Shown here: in pieces, positions 1 to 9,544 of the stretch | Layout: each line of letters starts with the position of its first letter | Position numbering within the stretch: the first letter of the stretch is position 1 | Assembly: GCA_963793865.1 (NCBI GenBank) | Contig: CAWCBP010000001.1 | Coordinates: forward strand, 463,457-527,456 | Length of the DNA stretch: 64,000 bases | Reading direction: 5' to 3' | From: an uncultured delta proteobacterium | Lineage (GTDB): Bacteria > Desulfobacterota > WTBG01 | Notes under the pieces: model-generated | Database searches by the model: none | Told to the model about the DNA's origin: nothing | The model's input: only the letters and a program-made list of their open reading frames with translations | Translations under genes and position numbers: made by a program

Positions 1-459
1 AGGTACCTCTCGGGTGACGCGACGGCACTGAGCGGCGAGGAGCAGAACGGCTTAAAGCTCTTCATGGATAAAGGGTGCGCCGGCTGTCACGGGGGGATCA
101 ATATGGGAGGAACCGGATATTTTCCCTTCGGGGTGGTCGAGAAGCCGAAGGCGGAGATTACCGCGGGGGATATGGGCCGGTTTAAAGTAACCGGGTCCAA
201 AAGCGATGAGTATGTCTTCAAGTCGCCGTCCTTAAGGAACATAGCGCTTACCGCGCCTTACTTTCATTCGGGCAGGGTATGGAGCCTGCGGGGGGCGGTG
301 GCTATCATGGGGTCGGCGCAGCTCGGCATTTCTCTGTCGGATGGTGACACGGACGCCATCGTGTTGTTTTTAAGGACCGCGACCGGGCGACAGCCGCGAA
401 TAGAGTACCCCATATTGCCGGTGAGCACGGAATCGACGCCTAAACCGAAGCTCGACTGA
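1..459 (+). CDS. Dihaem cytochrome c peroxidase (CCP/MauG family), 3' fragment; 5' end lies outside the window
   Basis: The frame is open from nt 1. It has a CxxCH haem motif (CAGCHGG) and the FKSPSLRN motif typical of bacterial CCP C-terminal haem domains. Confidence 0.8.
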   Translation, partial: RYLSGDATALSGEEQNGLKLFMDKGCAGCHGGINMGGTGYFPFGVVEKPKAEITAGDMGRFKVTGSKSDEYVFKSPSLRNIALTAPYFHSGRVWSLRGAVAIMGSAQLGISLSDGDTDAIVLFLRTATGRQPRIEYPILPVSTESTPKPKLD

Positions 460-568
460 TGTGAACTGCCTGTTTGTCTTGCGTCATCTCACGGCACTGC
501 CCGGGCATTAAGCCGGTTTTCAGATGCTGCCTGTTCTCCTCCCATGGCGCTCAGCGAGGGATGACTGT

Positions 569-1225
569 ATGACTGATGCACGATCGTGCACAACGCTGAA
601 TCCCCAAGCCTGGCCGGTCATACGCGACCGCACGGCGTACCTTGCAAAGCTGGCGGCGGGGCTGGATGTGCTGGACATCGGGTGCACGGGAAGAAAAGGC
701 AGCGGACGGCTGCCCGACTGCGCCAGTACCCTGCACCACGAAATCCGGCCTTTCTGCGCCTCTCTGACGGGGCTCGACATTGATGCCGAGGGCGTTGAAG
801 TCATGAGAAAGGCGGGCTACCATGCGGTATGCGGCGATGTTTCCTCAGCCAGCCTGAAACAGCGATTTGATGTCATCATTGCCGCGGAAGTCATTGAACA
901 CCTGCCCAATCCCGCCATGGCCCTGTGCAATCTGAAAGGGCATCTCAAAAACAGCGGTACGCTGGTTTTAACCACCTGCAATCCATTTTACTACCGCCAG
1001 CAATCACGCATCGTGCGGCACGGCGCCGTTCAGGTCAACGCGGCCCATACCTGCTGGTATGACCCTTTGACGCTGGCGCGGATGTTGCGCAGCGCGGGAT
1101 TTACCGTGGTAAAAGGCGCGTGGATTACACCCGGGAAAAGATGGAACCCGATGACCTTTGCGGCACGGTGGAGAAAATACTGGAACCCCAACTTCCTGGT
1201 TGAAGCAAAGCAGGACGATCAGTGA
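569..1225 (+). CDS. Class I SAM-dependent methyltransferase
   Basis: Motif I VLDIGCTGR, a post-I acidic residue and motif II DVIIAAEVIEHL. Alternative upstream start at 524. Confidence 0.7.
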   Translation: MTDARSCTTLNPQAWPVIRDRTAYLAKLAAGLDVLDIGCTGRKGSGRLPDCASTLHHEIRPFCASLTGLDIDAEGVEVMRKAGYHAVCGDVSSASLKQRFDVIIAAEVIEHLPNPAMALCNLKGHLKNSGTLVLTTCNPFYYRQQSRIVRHGAVQVNAAHTCWYDPLTLARMLRSAGFTVVKGAWITPGKRWNPMTFAARWRKYWNPNFLVEAKQDDQ

Positions 1226-1389
1226 CACGCGGAAATAAAAAAGAGGAAAAAGAGATTGCTTTATCGTCCCGCTCTGACGGGACTCCTCGCAACGATGCGC
1301 TTATTTTTTTTCGCATGCGGTTATTTCCGGGCATACAACGAGAAAACCTTTTATGGGGGGATGCGATATGGCGATGCATAGAGGATCAA

Positions 1390-2752
1390 ATGATGCAGGA
1401 CGACAGGGGCCGGTCCGGTTCGGGCGGTACGAGAAGGGATTTTATTAAAATGTTCGGAGCTGCCGCGGCAGGAAGCGTGGCCGGCCTCCTGCTGCCGAGA
1501 GCGGCGGGGGCAGAGGATTCAACAGCAATCATTGAAGAACCTCCTTTTGCAGGATCCCGGTGATGAGCTGTTTTGGGCGCGGGTGCGCAGGCAATTTGTG
1601 ATCAAGCCCGGGTTGACCTACATGAATACCGGCACCGAAGGCTCCATACCCCGCTTTGTACTGTATCGCATGCAGAACTATTTCCGTGAGTTTGCCGAGA
1701 ACCCCTGGGATGCCATTATAGGAAGCAAGGTTTTCGGTCCGGACATGAAGGATACGCGCATCAGGATGGCCGGTTTTGTGGGTGCAGACGAAGGTGAAAT
1801 CCTGCTTACCCACAACACCACCGAAGGCATGTCGTTCACTGCCAATGGCCTGGAGTTGCAGGAAGGAGATGAGGTGCTGACAACCCTGCATGAGCACTCT
1901 GCGGGACTGGTCTGCTGGGAGATTCTCCGGGAGCGGCGAAAGGTGACCCTGACCCAGATTGAACTTCCCACCCCGGCGGCGGACAAGGATGAAATCGTCG
2001 ATGCCTTCGCCCGGGCAATTACGCCACGCACCCGGGTGATGAGCTTCTGCCATGTCAACTATACCACCGGGCTGCGCATGCCGGTGAAGGAATTGTGCCA
2101 GCTGGCCCGGGATAACGGCATCATCTCGGTGGTTGACGGGGCTCATGCCATAGGTATGCTCAATCTGAATCTGCACGACCTGGGATGTGACTTTTATGCC
2201 ACCTCTCCCCATAAGTGGCTCAATGCCCCTCCCGGAACAGGCGTGCTGTATATACGGAATGGCATGCTCGAGCAGCTCTGGCCCACGGTCACCGAAGTCT
2301 CGCCGCATGCCACCAGCATCAGCGTGCTGCAGGGCAGAGGCCAGCAGTGCACACCGGCATTCGCCTGTCTCAATGACCTCGCTGACTTTCAGGAGTACAC
2401 GATCGGTAAGGATCGTATCCAGAGCCGTATACTGGCATTAAGCTCCTATTTAAAGGAACAAATTAAGGAGGCTTGGAATGCCGATAGCCTTTTTTCACCC
2501 ACCGATGAAACGCTCTCATCGGGGATCGTATCCTTTAATCCCTTTGAGGATCATTTTGATATTGCAAAAGCTAAAATTTACATCCAGTTAAAGGAGAAAT
2601 ACAAGATCGTTATACGGCGGGTTGATTTTAAAAACCGGCTTGCCGACAGCAAGAAAACCCAGGCGATGCGGGTTTCAACGCATATCTTTAACAGCTACCG
2701 GGATATAGATAAACTGATCAGCTCGCTGCAGGTACTCATGGCCGAGATGTAG
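1390..2752 (+). CDS. Tat-signal class V PLP-dependent aminotransferase (cysteine desulfurase / isopenicillin-N epimerase-like), interrupted by an apparent +1 frameshift near 1532-1563
   Basis: Frame 1 (1390-1563) encodes a twin-arginine signal (TRRDFIKMFGAAAAGSVAGLL...AGA). Frame 2 (1532-2752) encodes an aminotransferase class V body (ELFWARVRRQFVIKPGLTYMNTGTEG...HKWLNAPPGTG). Removing the t at 1561 joins the two reading frames. Confidence 0.65.
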
Positions 2753-2979
2753 GATAACCGGCAGAGGCACATTTATGTGCGAATTATTCGCGGCTGAAGC
2801 CGCTCCTAACGGTTATAGGGAAGTGCGTGATGGAGGGCCATGCTCTGTCATGGCCGCATAAATATAGGAAGCGACGGAGCTCGTCCCTCCATCAAATTTG
2901 GTAAACAGTCATGGGGGTAGCCGCAAGCTTTAGCTTGCGATTTTGGACGCAACGGAGTGCGTGCCTCCAAGGCAGGTTG

Positions 2980-3813
2980 CTACGGACGCTGCAGTAATTC
3001 CAAGAGCTGTGTATGAACGTGTCCGTTTGAAAACAGGTAATCGCCCCGCTCAGGCTTCCAGGGATTGCCGCTGAAGTCGCTTACCTTTCCGCCGGCCTCC
3101 TCGACCAGGAGAACGCCGGCGGCCACGTCCCAGGGCTCGATGGCGGTGGTGAAATACGCCTCCCCCCGGCCTGAGGCCACCCACGCCGTTTCCAGTCCGG
3201 CTGAACCGAGCTTGCGGATGTCGGTGACATGGGGATAAACGCTGTGCAGGAGACTCCCCGTCCTTTCCCGGTCTTTGGATCCCCCTTCGCAATAGATGAT
3301 ATAGTTTCGATTGAGATCCCCGATGGTTGAAACCTCAAGCTTCACGCCGTTGAGATAAGCTCCCTTGTTCCTTTCCGCCAGGTAAAGCTCGTTGAGGGCG
3401 GGGGCATGTATAACTCCCAGGGTGAGTTTACCCCGGTGCATGAGCGCAATGCAGACCGAAAAAAAAGGATTGTGATTGGAGAAATTGCCGGTCCCGTCCA
3501 GCGAATCAACGATCCAGAGCCATTCATCACCGGCTTGATGATAGCCGCTTTCCTCAGTCAAAAGGCTGTGCCGGGGATAGGCTTTGCTGATTTCTGCAGT
3601 AATGAGACCATCGACCAGTTTATCGTAGCTGCTGGCCGCCTCTTTTGCGGTATTCCTCAAAAAAATAGAAGCGTGATCACGACGAAAACCTTCCAGCAGG
3701 ATATCCCCCGCCTTCCGCGCCACCTGCACCGTAAAGTCCCGCAACCCTTCAGCCATGTATCGCTCCCTATTGGTCATCATGTGTACGCCATCGCCATTTA
3801 TTAACCTGTTCAT
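2980..3813 (-). CDS. Inositol monophosphatase family protein (SuhB/IMPase-like)
   Basis: WIVDSLDGTGNF and EPWDVAAG motifs. Alternative start near 3780. Confidence 0.8.
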   Translation of the reverse strand: MNRLINGDGVHMMTNRERYMAEGLRDFTVQVARKAGDILLEGFRRDHASIFLRNTAKEAASSYDKLVDGLITAEISKAYPRHSLLTEESGYHQAGDEWLWIVDSLDGTGNFSNHNPFFSVCIALMHRGKLTLGVIHAPALNELYLAERNKGAYLNGVKLEVSTIGDLNRNYIIYCEGGSKDRERTGSLLHSVYPHVTDIRKLGSAGLETAWVASGRGEAYFTTAIEPWDVAAGVLLVEEAGGKVSDFSGNPWKPERGDYLFSNGHVHTQLLELLQRP

Positions 3814-3974
3814 CTTAGCACACTCGATTCAGAGGGGGAAGTCTCCCGGGGTCTTTTTTTAATTAAGCAATTACGAGCTGCGTGCCGATACGAATAAAAG
3901 ATTTATTTATATTAGATGGACCGGTTATCGCACGTAGCATTCCCTTGTTGTCTAAGCCGTAAGGAAACGTTCTT

Positions 3975-5165
3975 ATGGATCTGATCAGCATCATTGAGGA
4001 TCAGCAGAAGCAGGCCCTGCCTGATGAGCCCGGATCGTTGTTTGACAGGATTCGCCGCCTGGAGGAATCCAACAGCGCCCTCATTGCCATCCAGAACAAG
4101 CTGGAGCGGTTAAGCCAGTTTCATGCAGAGATGGTGCTGTCCTATGACATTTATGACATCCTGGAGAAGGGGCTGGCCAAGTTTCAGGAGCTGGTCAGGA
4201 CCAAGGTATGCTCCGTCTTCCTGGTGCACGAACACGGCTACCAGTTTGTCAATAAATCCATACCCGCGGAACTCGCGCCGGCCGCTCAAAAGGAGGTGGA
4301 GGCGCAGATACAATCAGGGACATTCGGCAGGATCATGAGCAGCGGCATGCCGGCCTGTGTGCCTGCCGATAACTTCAGAGGTGAGAAAAACCAGCCTCTC
4401 AGCGTTTTAATGGCCCCGCTGATCCACCGGGGGAAAACCATCGGCGTGGTGGTGATTGTCTTTGAGGAGGACCGGGATTTTATACGGCAGCAAACCCTGA
4501 AGCTCCTCTATATTCTGGCGGGTTTTTTTTCCATGGCCATACAAAACGCACACCTGTTCGGCGATCTGAAAAGCAGCTACTTTGATACCATCAGGGGCGT
4601 GGCCAATTCGGTTGAAGCGCGGGATCCCTATACCAAGGGTCACTCGCGCAGGGTGGCGCGCATCGCCAGGTCAATGGCGGAATCGCTTAACTGGACAAAG
4701 GAGGCGCTTGAGTTTATCGACTGGGGCGGCATGCTCCACGATGTGGGGAAAATAGGCATCCACGATAAAATACTCAATAAGAAAGCACGGCTTGAAGATA
4801 ACGAGTTTGAAACCATGAAAATGCATCCGGTCATAGGAGCCCAGATAGTGGAGGGGATCGGCTTTTTGAAACCCGTGGTTCCCTACATTTTAGAGCACCA
4901 CGAGCGGTATAACGGGAACGGTTATCCCCGCGGCCTTGTGGGTGATCAGATTTCGATTGAAGGACGACTGCTGGCGGTGGCCGACGTGTTTGATGCCATG
5001 ACCACCGAAAGGCCCTATCAGAAGGCATTTGAACCTGAAGTGGCTTTCAATAAAATTGTGGCCAATAAAAAAATTCTTTTTGATCCTCTCATCGTCCAGG
5101 CATTTGAACATGTCTGGCAAACGGGAAAAATTCAGGAGATTCTTGATGCCTTCAAAAAGGCCTGA
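3975..5165 (+). CDS. GAF domain-containing HD-GYP phosphodiesterase (cyclic-di-GMP)
   Basis: C-terminal HD motif HDVGKIGI with HHERYNGNGYPRGL (HD-GYP). N-terminal GAF-like region. Confidence 0.8.
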   Translation: MDLISIIEDQQKQALPDEPGSLFDRIRRLEESNSALIAIQNKLERLSQFHAEMVLSYDIYDILEKGLAKFQELVRTKVCSVFLVHEHGYQFVNKSIPAELAPAAQKEVEAQIQSGTFGRIMSSGMPACVPADNFRGEKNQPLSVLMAPLIHRGKTIGVVVIVFEEDRDFIRQQTLKLLYILAGFFSMAIQNAHLFGDLKSSYFDTIRGVANSVEARDPYTKGHSRRVARIARSMAESLNWTKEALEFIDWGGMLHDVGKIGIHDKILNKKARLEDNEFETMKMHPVIGAQIVEGIGFLKPVVPYILEHHERYNGNGYPRGLVGDQISIEGRLLAVADVFDAMTTERPYQKAFEPEVAFNKIVANKKILFDPLIVQAFEHVWQTGKIQEILDAFKKA

Positions 5166-5553
5166 AGCCGGTTGCCGGTAATTCCTTCCCATTCCTTCTG
5201 CTCCATCCCCATCCAAAACTTTTCTCTTTTCTCCCGCCGGGTAATCGAGTATACAAATACAAGGGTACAGGGTTTAGGGTAAGGAGGAGTTGACAGTTGC
5301 CAGTTCACAGTTTGCAGGGTAAAGCTGCGTTGCAATTGTGCTGACCTCCTTCTCATTTCTTCGTATCACCCAAGTGATTTACATTGACATAAAGGTCATT
5401 CTGTGGCTTGACCACAGCATCCAGATGCAATTTTTCATTGGATCCTGCGATCAAGTCGCAGGATGACTTAAAAGGCATTTTGAGACAGTAGTATTAAGAT
5501 AATCCTCTCATCATTTCTCATTTGGAACATTTGATATTTGAATTTTGGGTTTG

Positions 5554-5577
5554 TTTCGGATTTCGTGCTTCGGATTT
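5554..5577. repeat. Copy of the AAATCCGAAGCACGAAATCC repeat (reverse orientation) in the 5' intergenic region of the AlkP-family gene
   Basis: TTTCGGATTTCGTGCTTCGGATTT is the reverse complement of 62100-62119 plus flank. Confidence 0.5.
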
Positions 5578-5631
5578 GATTCACAATCCAGTATCCAGCA
5601 TCATGTTTTTATAATCCCAGGGAATCATCGC

Positions 5632-6957
5632 ATGAACTGCGCAACGTCCCCCACGAAGCTCCTGCTTCTTGCCTTTGACGGCCTTTCATTTCCCCTGCTC
5701 AAACGGCTGGTTGATGCCGGTGACCTGCCGTGCTTCAAGGCGCTGATGGACAGGGGATCCTGGGGGCTGTTCGAACCGTTTGTCCCCTCCAACTCCGCCG
5801 TCATATGGACAAGCGTCATGACCGGCATGCATCCCCGCAAGCACGGAATCGACAGCTTCATCTATTACACGGCAGGGAAAAGGGTCTTCAGGAAATCCTC
5901 GGTAAAAAAGCTGCTGAAGCTCGGCTTCCGGCCGCTCTTCAACCTGCTGAAGCGCAAGGGATACGTGCGCGATCATCCATTCACGCTGAGCATGGTCGGG
6001 GAAAAAATGCTCTGGGAGCTTTTTGCAGAGGGCGGCCGCACGGCAGGAGTCATCAACTGGTGGCACAGCTGGCCCGCTCCCGCGCTTCCCGGCTTTATTG
6101 TATCAGACCGGGTGCATTACTGGAGATCGCGTGAAAGAAGCCATGCGCCGGGTGAATTAGCGGATGCATGCCTCATGTATCCTCCCCGGCTGGCTGACGA
6201 AATCATGAGCAGGCTGGTCAATCCTTATGAGATACCCGATGAGGCCTATCAGCAGATCATGAAGATTGATGCGGCAACCGTCGGGAGCATGAAAGATGCC
6301 CACTATGAGCGCCATCAGCTCATGAGCGAATTCAAGTATCTCTACGCCATGGATGAATCGGTGAAGAGCATGGCGCTCTATTGCATCGATCGTCTGTCCC
6401 AGCCGGATTTGCTGGCCCTGTATTTCAGGGGAATCGACATTATTTCTCACTGCGCTTTGAAATATGCCCCCCACAACAGGGATGACTCGGTCAGCGATGA
6501 AGATGCGTCCCGGTTTGGCGACACGGTCAATGCCTATTACCGTCACACCGATGCGCTGCTCGGGGAAATTGTGCGCGCCGTATCCAGGGATACGGCCGTT
6601 TTGGTTGTGTCCGATCACGGATTTGATAAAGAGCCTGACGGACGCTTCGGTCACAGGAAAACAGCGCCGCCCGGGACATTCATTGCCGCGGGAAAACCAT
6701 TTGCGCGGGGCGCCCTCCCGCGGCAGGTGAAACTCTATGATGTTGCGCCCACCCTGCTGTACCTGTCCGGCCTGCCCTGCTCACGGGATATGGAAGGCAG
6801 GGTGATTACCGAGTGTATCGACCGGGAATTTCAGCGCGACCATCCGGTCTGTTACATCGATAGCTATGGTCCACCCGTCCGGCATCACGCCCCGATTGTT
6901 TCTGAGAGTGAAGAGCTCATCAAGGAGCGCCTCCGAGCCCTCGGCTACATAGATTAA
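5632..6957 (+). CDS. Alkaline phosphatase superfamily / nucleotide pyrophosphatase-phosphodiesterase family protein
   Basis: LLLAFDGLSFPL near the N-terminus, the VVSDHGF metal-site motif, and AlkP-like size. The ORF track starts at 5545; the ATG at 5632 is preferred. Confidence 0.65.
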   Translation: MNCATSPTKLLLLAFDGLSFPLLKRLVDAGDLPCFKALMDRGSWGLFEPFVPSNSAVIWTSVMTGMHPRKHGIDSFIYYTAGKRVFRKSSVKKLLKLGFRPLFNLLKRKGYVRDHPFTLSMVGEKMLWELFAEGGRTAGVINWWHSWPAPALPGFIVSDRVHYWRSRERSHAPGELADACLMYPPRLADEIMSRLVNPYEIPDEAYQQIMKIDAATVGSMKDAHYERHQLMSEFKYLYAMDESVKSMALYCIDRLSQPDLLALYFRGIDIISHCALKYAPHNRDDSVSDEDASRFGDTVNAYYRHTDALLGEIVRAVSRDTAVLVVSDHGFDKEPDGRFGHRKTAPPGTFIAAGKPFARGALPRQVKLYDVAPTLLYLSGLPCSRDMEGRVITECIDREFQRDHPVCYIDSYGPPVRHHAPIVSESEELIKERLRALGYID

Positions 6958-7002
6958 CTCCCCGCAACATCACCTAACCAATAGAAATACTTTAAAATTA
7001 TC

Positions 7003-7034
7003 TTGACACTTCTATATGTGGTGGTGTATTTAAT
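7003..7034 (+). promoter_or_regulatory. Sigma-70-like promoter (TTGACA, 18-nt spacer, TATTTA) upstream of a small ORF
   Basis: A perfect -35 hexamer TTGACA at 7003-7008 with an AT-rich -10 region about 18 nt downstream. Confidence 0.4.
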
Positions 7035-7142
7035 TACTAATGCCATATATTGATTGATGCAGGCAGAGGTTCGACTCAGAGCGGCCGGTTGCATCAATGC
7101 CTGAATGGCGCGCCACTCGGGAAGGGAAGGGGGTGAAAAGTA

Positions 7143-7211
7143 ATGGCAACAAAGAAAAAGGCAGCAAAAAAGAAGGCAACCAAGACAGCTTGTTGTTCAA
7201 AGAAGAAGTAA
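7143..7211 (+). CDS. Candidate small ORF encoding a 22-aa lysine-rich peptide MATKKKAAKKKATKTACCSKKK
   Basis: Strong SD (GGGAAGGGAAGGGGGTGAAAAG) 3-8 nt before the ATG. Upstream promoter. Downstream hairpin with T-run terminator at 7243-7286. Confidence 0.4.
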   Translation: MATKKKAAKKKATKTACCSKKK

Positions 7212-7242
7212 GCTTGTGATCAATCGAATTTGTTGTACGAGG

Positions 7243-7286
7243 TCTCCCAAAGAATGAAGCCAGTTTTTTGGGAGATCGCCTTTTTA
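7243..7286 (+). terminator. Rho-independent terminator (stem TCTCCCAAA/TTTGGGAGA then TCGCCTTTTT)
   Basis: A 9-bp GC-containing stem followed by T5, located 30 nt after the small-ORF stop. Confidence 0.55.
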
Positions 7287-7396
7287 ATGAGTAACCTGCT
7301 ATAAACTATGCAGATTTTTGTTGACAAATAAACTATTTGCAATAGATTAGCCGTAATTCGTTTAGCTCAACTCTCTTTTGTTGCGGGAAACAGCTT

Positions 7397-8056
7397 ATGG
7401 ATGCACTTGCTGCCATTAATGATCGTTCAAGCATTCGGTGCTTTACCGACCAGCCTGTGGGGCGGGAGACCATTGAGCAGTTGCTGGATTGCGCGCGCAA
7501 GGCGCCGTCCGCCTCCAACCAGCAACCCTGGAATTTTGTGGTGGTGAGCGGGCACAGCAGGGACACGTTGGCCGGGGCCCTGCTTGCGGCACAGAAAAAC
7601 CGGGGCAAACATTATGATCCATCCCGGAGCAGGTCCCTGCCTGATGCCTACGTGGAGAGAAGCAGGAAGCTCATCAAGAGCTTACGGTCACATCTCGAGG
7701 CGATCAGCCTGCAGGCTGTGCCGTTCCTGGAGGAGGGGAGCTGCTCGTTTTACGGGGCGCCTGTTCTCATCCTGGTGACCATGGACAAGGCGCATATACC
7801 GTCTCAATTGATAGATATCGGATGCGCGGTGCAAAATCTCTGCCTTGCCGCACACGCCCGGGGACTGGGTACCTGCATTATTGCACTCATACTCATGTTC
7901 GGAGATGTGATACGGGAACAGCTTTCCCTGGGGGAAGAGGTGGAGGCGGTGGTCGGCATCGCCCTCGGGTACCCGGATCGCGGGTCAGCGATCAACCGGT
8001 TCCGGGCCCCGAAAGAAGAGCTGAGTTCCGTGACGCGGTGGATAGGCTTCGATTAG
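7397..8056 (+). CDS. Nitroreductase family protein (NAD(P)H-flavin oxidoreductase)
   Basis: N-terminal SIRCFTDQPV...SASNQQPWNFVVV typical of the nitroreductase fold. Confidence 0.8.
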   Translation: MDALAAINDRSSIRCFTDQPVGRETIEQLLDCARKAPSASNQQPWNFVVVSGHSRDTLAGALLAAQKNRGKHYDPSRSRSLPDAYVERSRKLIKSLRSHLEAISLQAVPFLEEGSCSFYGAPVLILVTMDKAHIPSQLIDIGCAVQNLCLAAHARGLGTCIIALILMFGDVIREQLSLGEEVEAVVGIALGYPDRGSAINRFRAPKEELSSVTRWIGFD

Positions 8057-8187
8057 GGGATGCCCGCGCCCGGATTGGGGCTTGCAGCATCGTGCAACCG
8101 CATGCCATGCCGCGGGTAATGCAATATCGCCGGAGAAGCTGCCGGCTTGATAAACAAAGGGATCTAACCTGATGAGAGGAGGAGGTA

Positions 8188-8466
8188 ATGCTTAAATCAG
8201 ATCTGATTGAAAAAGTTGCCAGGGAAATGAACATGAACAATGACATTGCCCAGCTGGTGATCAACAACGTATTCGATGCCATGACAGAGGCGCTCAGCAG
8301 GGGGGAGAGCATTGAGATACGAGGCTTCGGCAGCTTCAGCGTGAGGACGTATGCTTCCCGGGAGGGCAGAAACCCCAAATCAGGGGCGAAAGTCGCTGTC
8401 CCGCCCCGAAAGAAACCTTTCTTCAAGGTGGGCAAAGAGTTGAAGAACAGGGTTAATACTTTGTAA
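8188..8466 (+). CDS. Integration host factor / HU family DNA-binding protein (IHF subunit-like)
   Basis: GFGSFSVRTYASREGRNPKSG arm motif. 92 aa. Confidence 0.85.
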   Translation: MLKSDLIEKVAREMNMNNDIAQLVINNVFDAMTEALSRGESIEIRGFGSFSVRTYASREGRNPKSGAKVAVPPRKKPFFKVGKELKNRVNTL

Positions 8467-8602
8467 CTTCCCGCCGAAACACATTTTGTGTTACAGTAAT
8501 GGGAGGGGTACCATGAACCTTTTTATTATCCTCCATGCCTTCCGGACATTGTAACTTTCCTGCATCCGCTCCTTACAATACATCCGGACAAAGCTATCTT
8601 TT

Positions 8603-9538
8603 ATGCAGAGTGAAGACATGACCGGGCAGGCCGGCGGTCTGCCATCCGGCTTTGATGCTGCGGCACGGGATGAAGGTAAGCACGGGACAAAGCCCCGCAC
8701 AAAACCCTCCATTGCTGTCAACGTGGTTCTGTTTATCTGTACGGTCGGGACGACCGTTCTGGCCGGCGCGCTCCAGCAGGGAGTCAATCCCTTGGAGGAC
8801 CCGTCGCAGCTGATCAAGGGGCTGCCGTTTTCGGCTGCGCTGTTGTTCATCCTGCTGGCCCATGAAATGGGGCATTTCCTCACCTCAAAATATTACCGCA
8901 TTGATGCCAGCCTTCCCTATTTTATACCGGCGCCCACGTTCATAGGGACCTTCGGCGCGTTCATCAAGATGCGCTCCCCGATGCTGAATAAGCGTGTTCT
9001 GCTTGATGTCGGGGCCAATGGTCCGCTGGCCGGGCTGCTGGTGACCATTCCGGTTCTGGCGGTCGGCCTGAAGCTCTCTGAAGTGAAAGCGCTCACAACC
9101 CCTCTGGAGGGGGGCATGGCGCTGGGATCATCTCTCATCCTTTATTTCATGACCACGGTTATTCTGGGCCCCCTGCCCGATACGCACCAGGTGATTCTCC
9201 ATCCCCTGGGCTTTGCGGGCTGGATCGGATTGCTGGTCACATCCATGAATCTCATACCGGTGGGGCAGCTCGACGGCGGGCACATTGCCTACGCGGTCTT
9301 CGGCAGGAAAACGAGGCACATATCAACGGCAGTCCTCATCTGTCTGCTCGGCCTTGGCATCTGGGCGTCGCAGATGTGGCTGATGTGGGCTCTCATCCTT
9401 TTTGTCCTGCTGGGCATACGGCATCCCGCGCCGCTTGATTATGATGAGCCGCTGGACCGCAGGCGCAGAATGCTGGGCCTGGGCATGCTGGTGATTTTTG
9501 TGCTGACCTTTGTGCCGGTGCCGTTCGGAAATCTGTAA
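8603..9538 (+). CDS. Site-2 protease family (M50) membrane metalloprotease
   Basis: HEMGHF zinc-binding HExxH within hydrophobic segments. Multi-TM. Confidence 0.75.
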   Translation: MQSEDMTGQAGGLPSGFDAAARDEGKHGTKPRTKPSIAVNVVLFICTVGTTVLAGALQQGVNPLEDPSQLIKGLPFSAALLFILLAHEMGHFLTSKYYRIDASLPYFIPAPTFIGTFGAFIKMRSPMLNKRVLLDVGANGPLAGLLVTIPVLAVGLKLSEVKALTTPLEGGMALGSSLILYFMTTVILGPLPDTHQVILHPLGFAGWIGLLVTSMNLIPVGQLDGGHIAYAVFGRKTRHISTAVLICLLGLGIWASQMWLMWALILFVLLGIRHPAPLDYDEPLDRRRRMLGLGMLVIFVLTFVPVPFGNL

Positions 9539-9544
9539 GGCTTG

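Noticed and set aside
1529-2308. 259-aa ORF on the - strand
   Set aside because: Antisense shadow of the class V aminotransferase gene.
5132-5356. 74-aa - strand ORF in the 465-bp intergenic region upstream of the AlkP-family gene
   Set aside because: No RBS, and it overlaps repeat/hairpin-rich non-coding sequence. Likely spurious.
7061-7100. GAGGTTCGACTCAGAG resembling a tRNA T-arm in the small-ORF leader
   Set aside because: No complementary acceptor stem or D-arm. Better explained as a leader hairpin (7054-7061 / 7090-7097).
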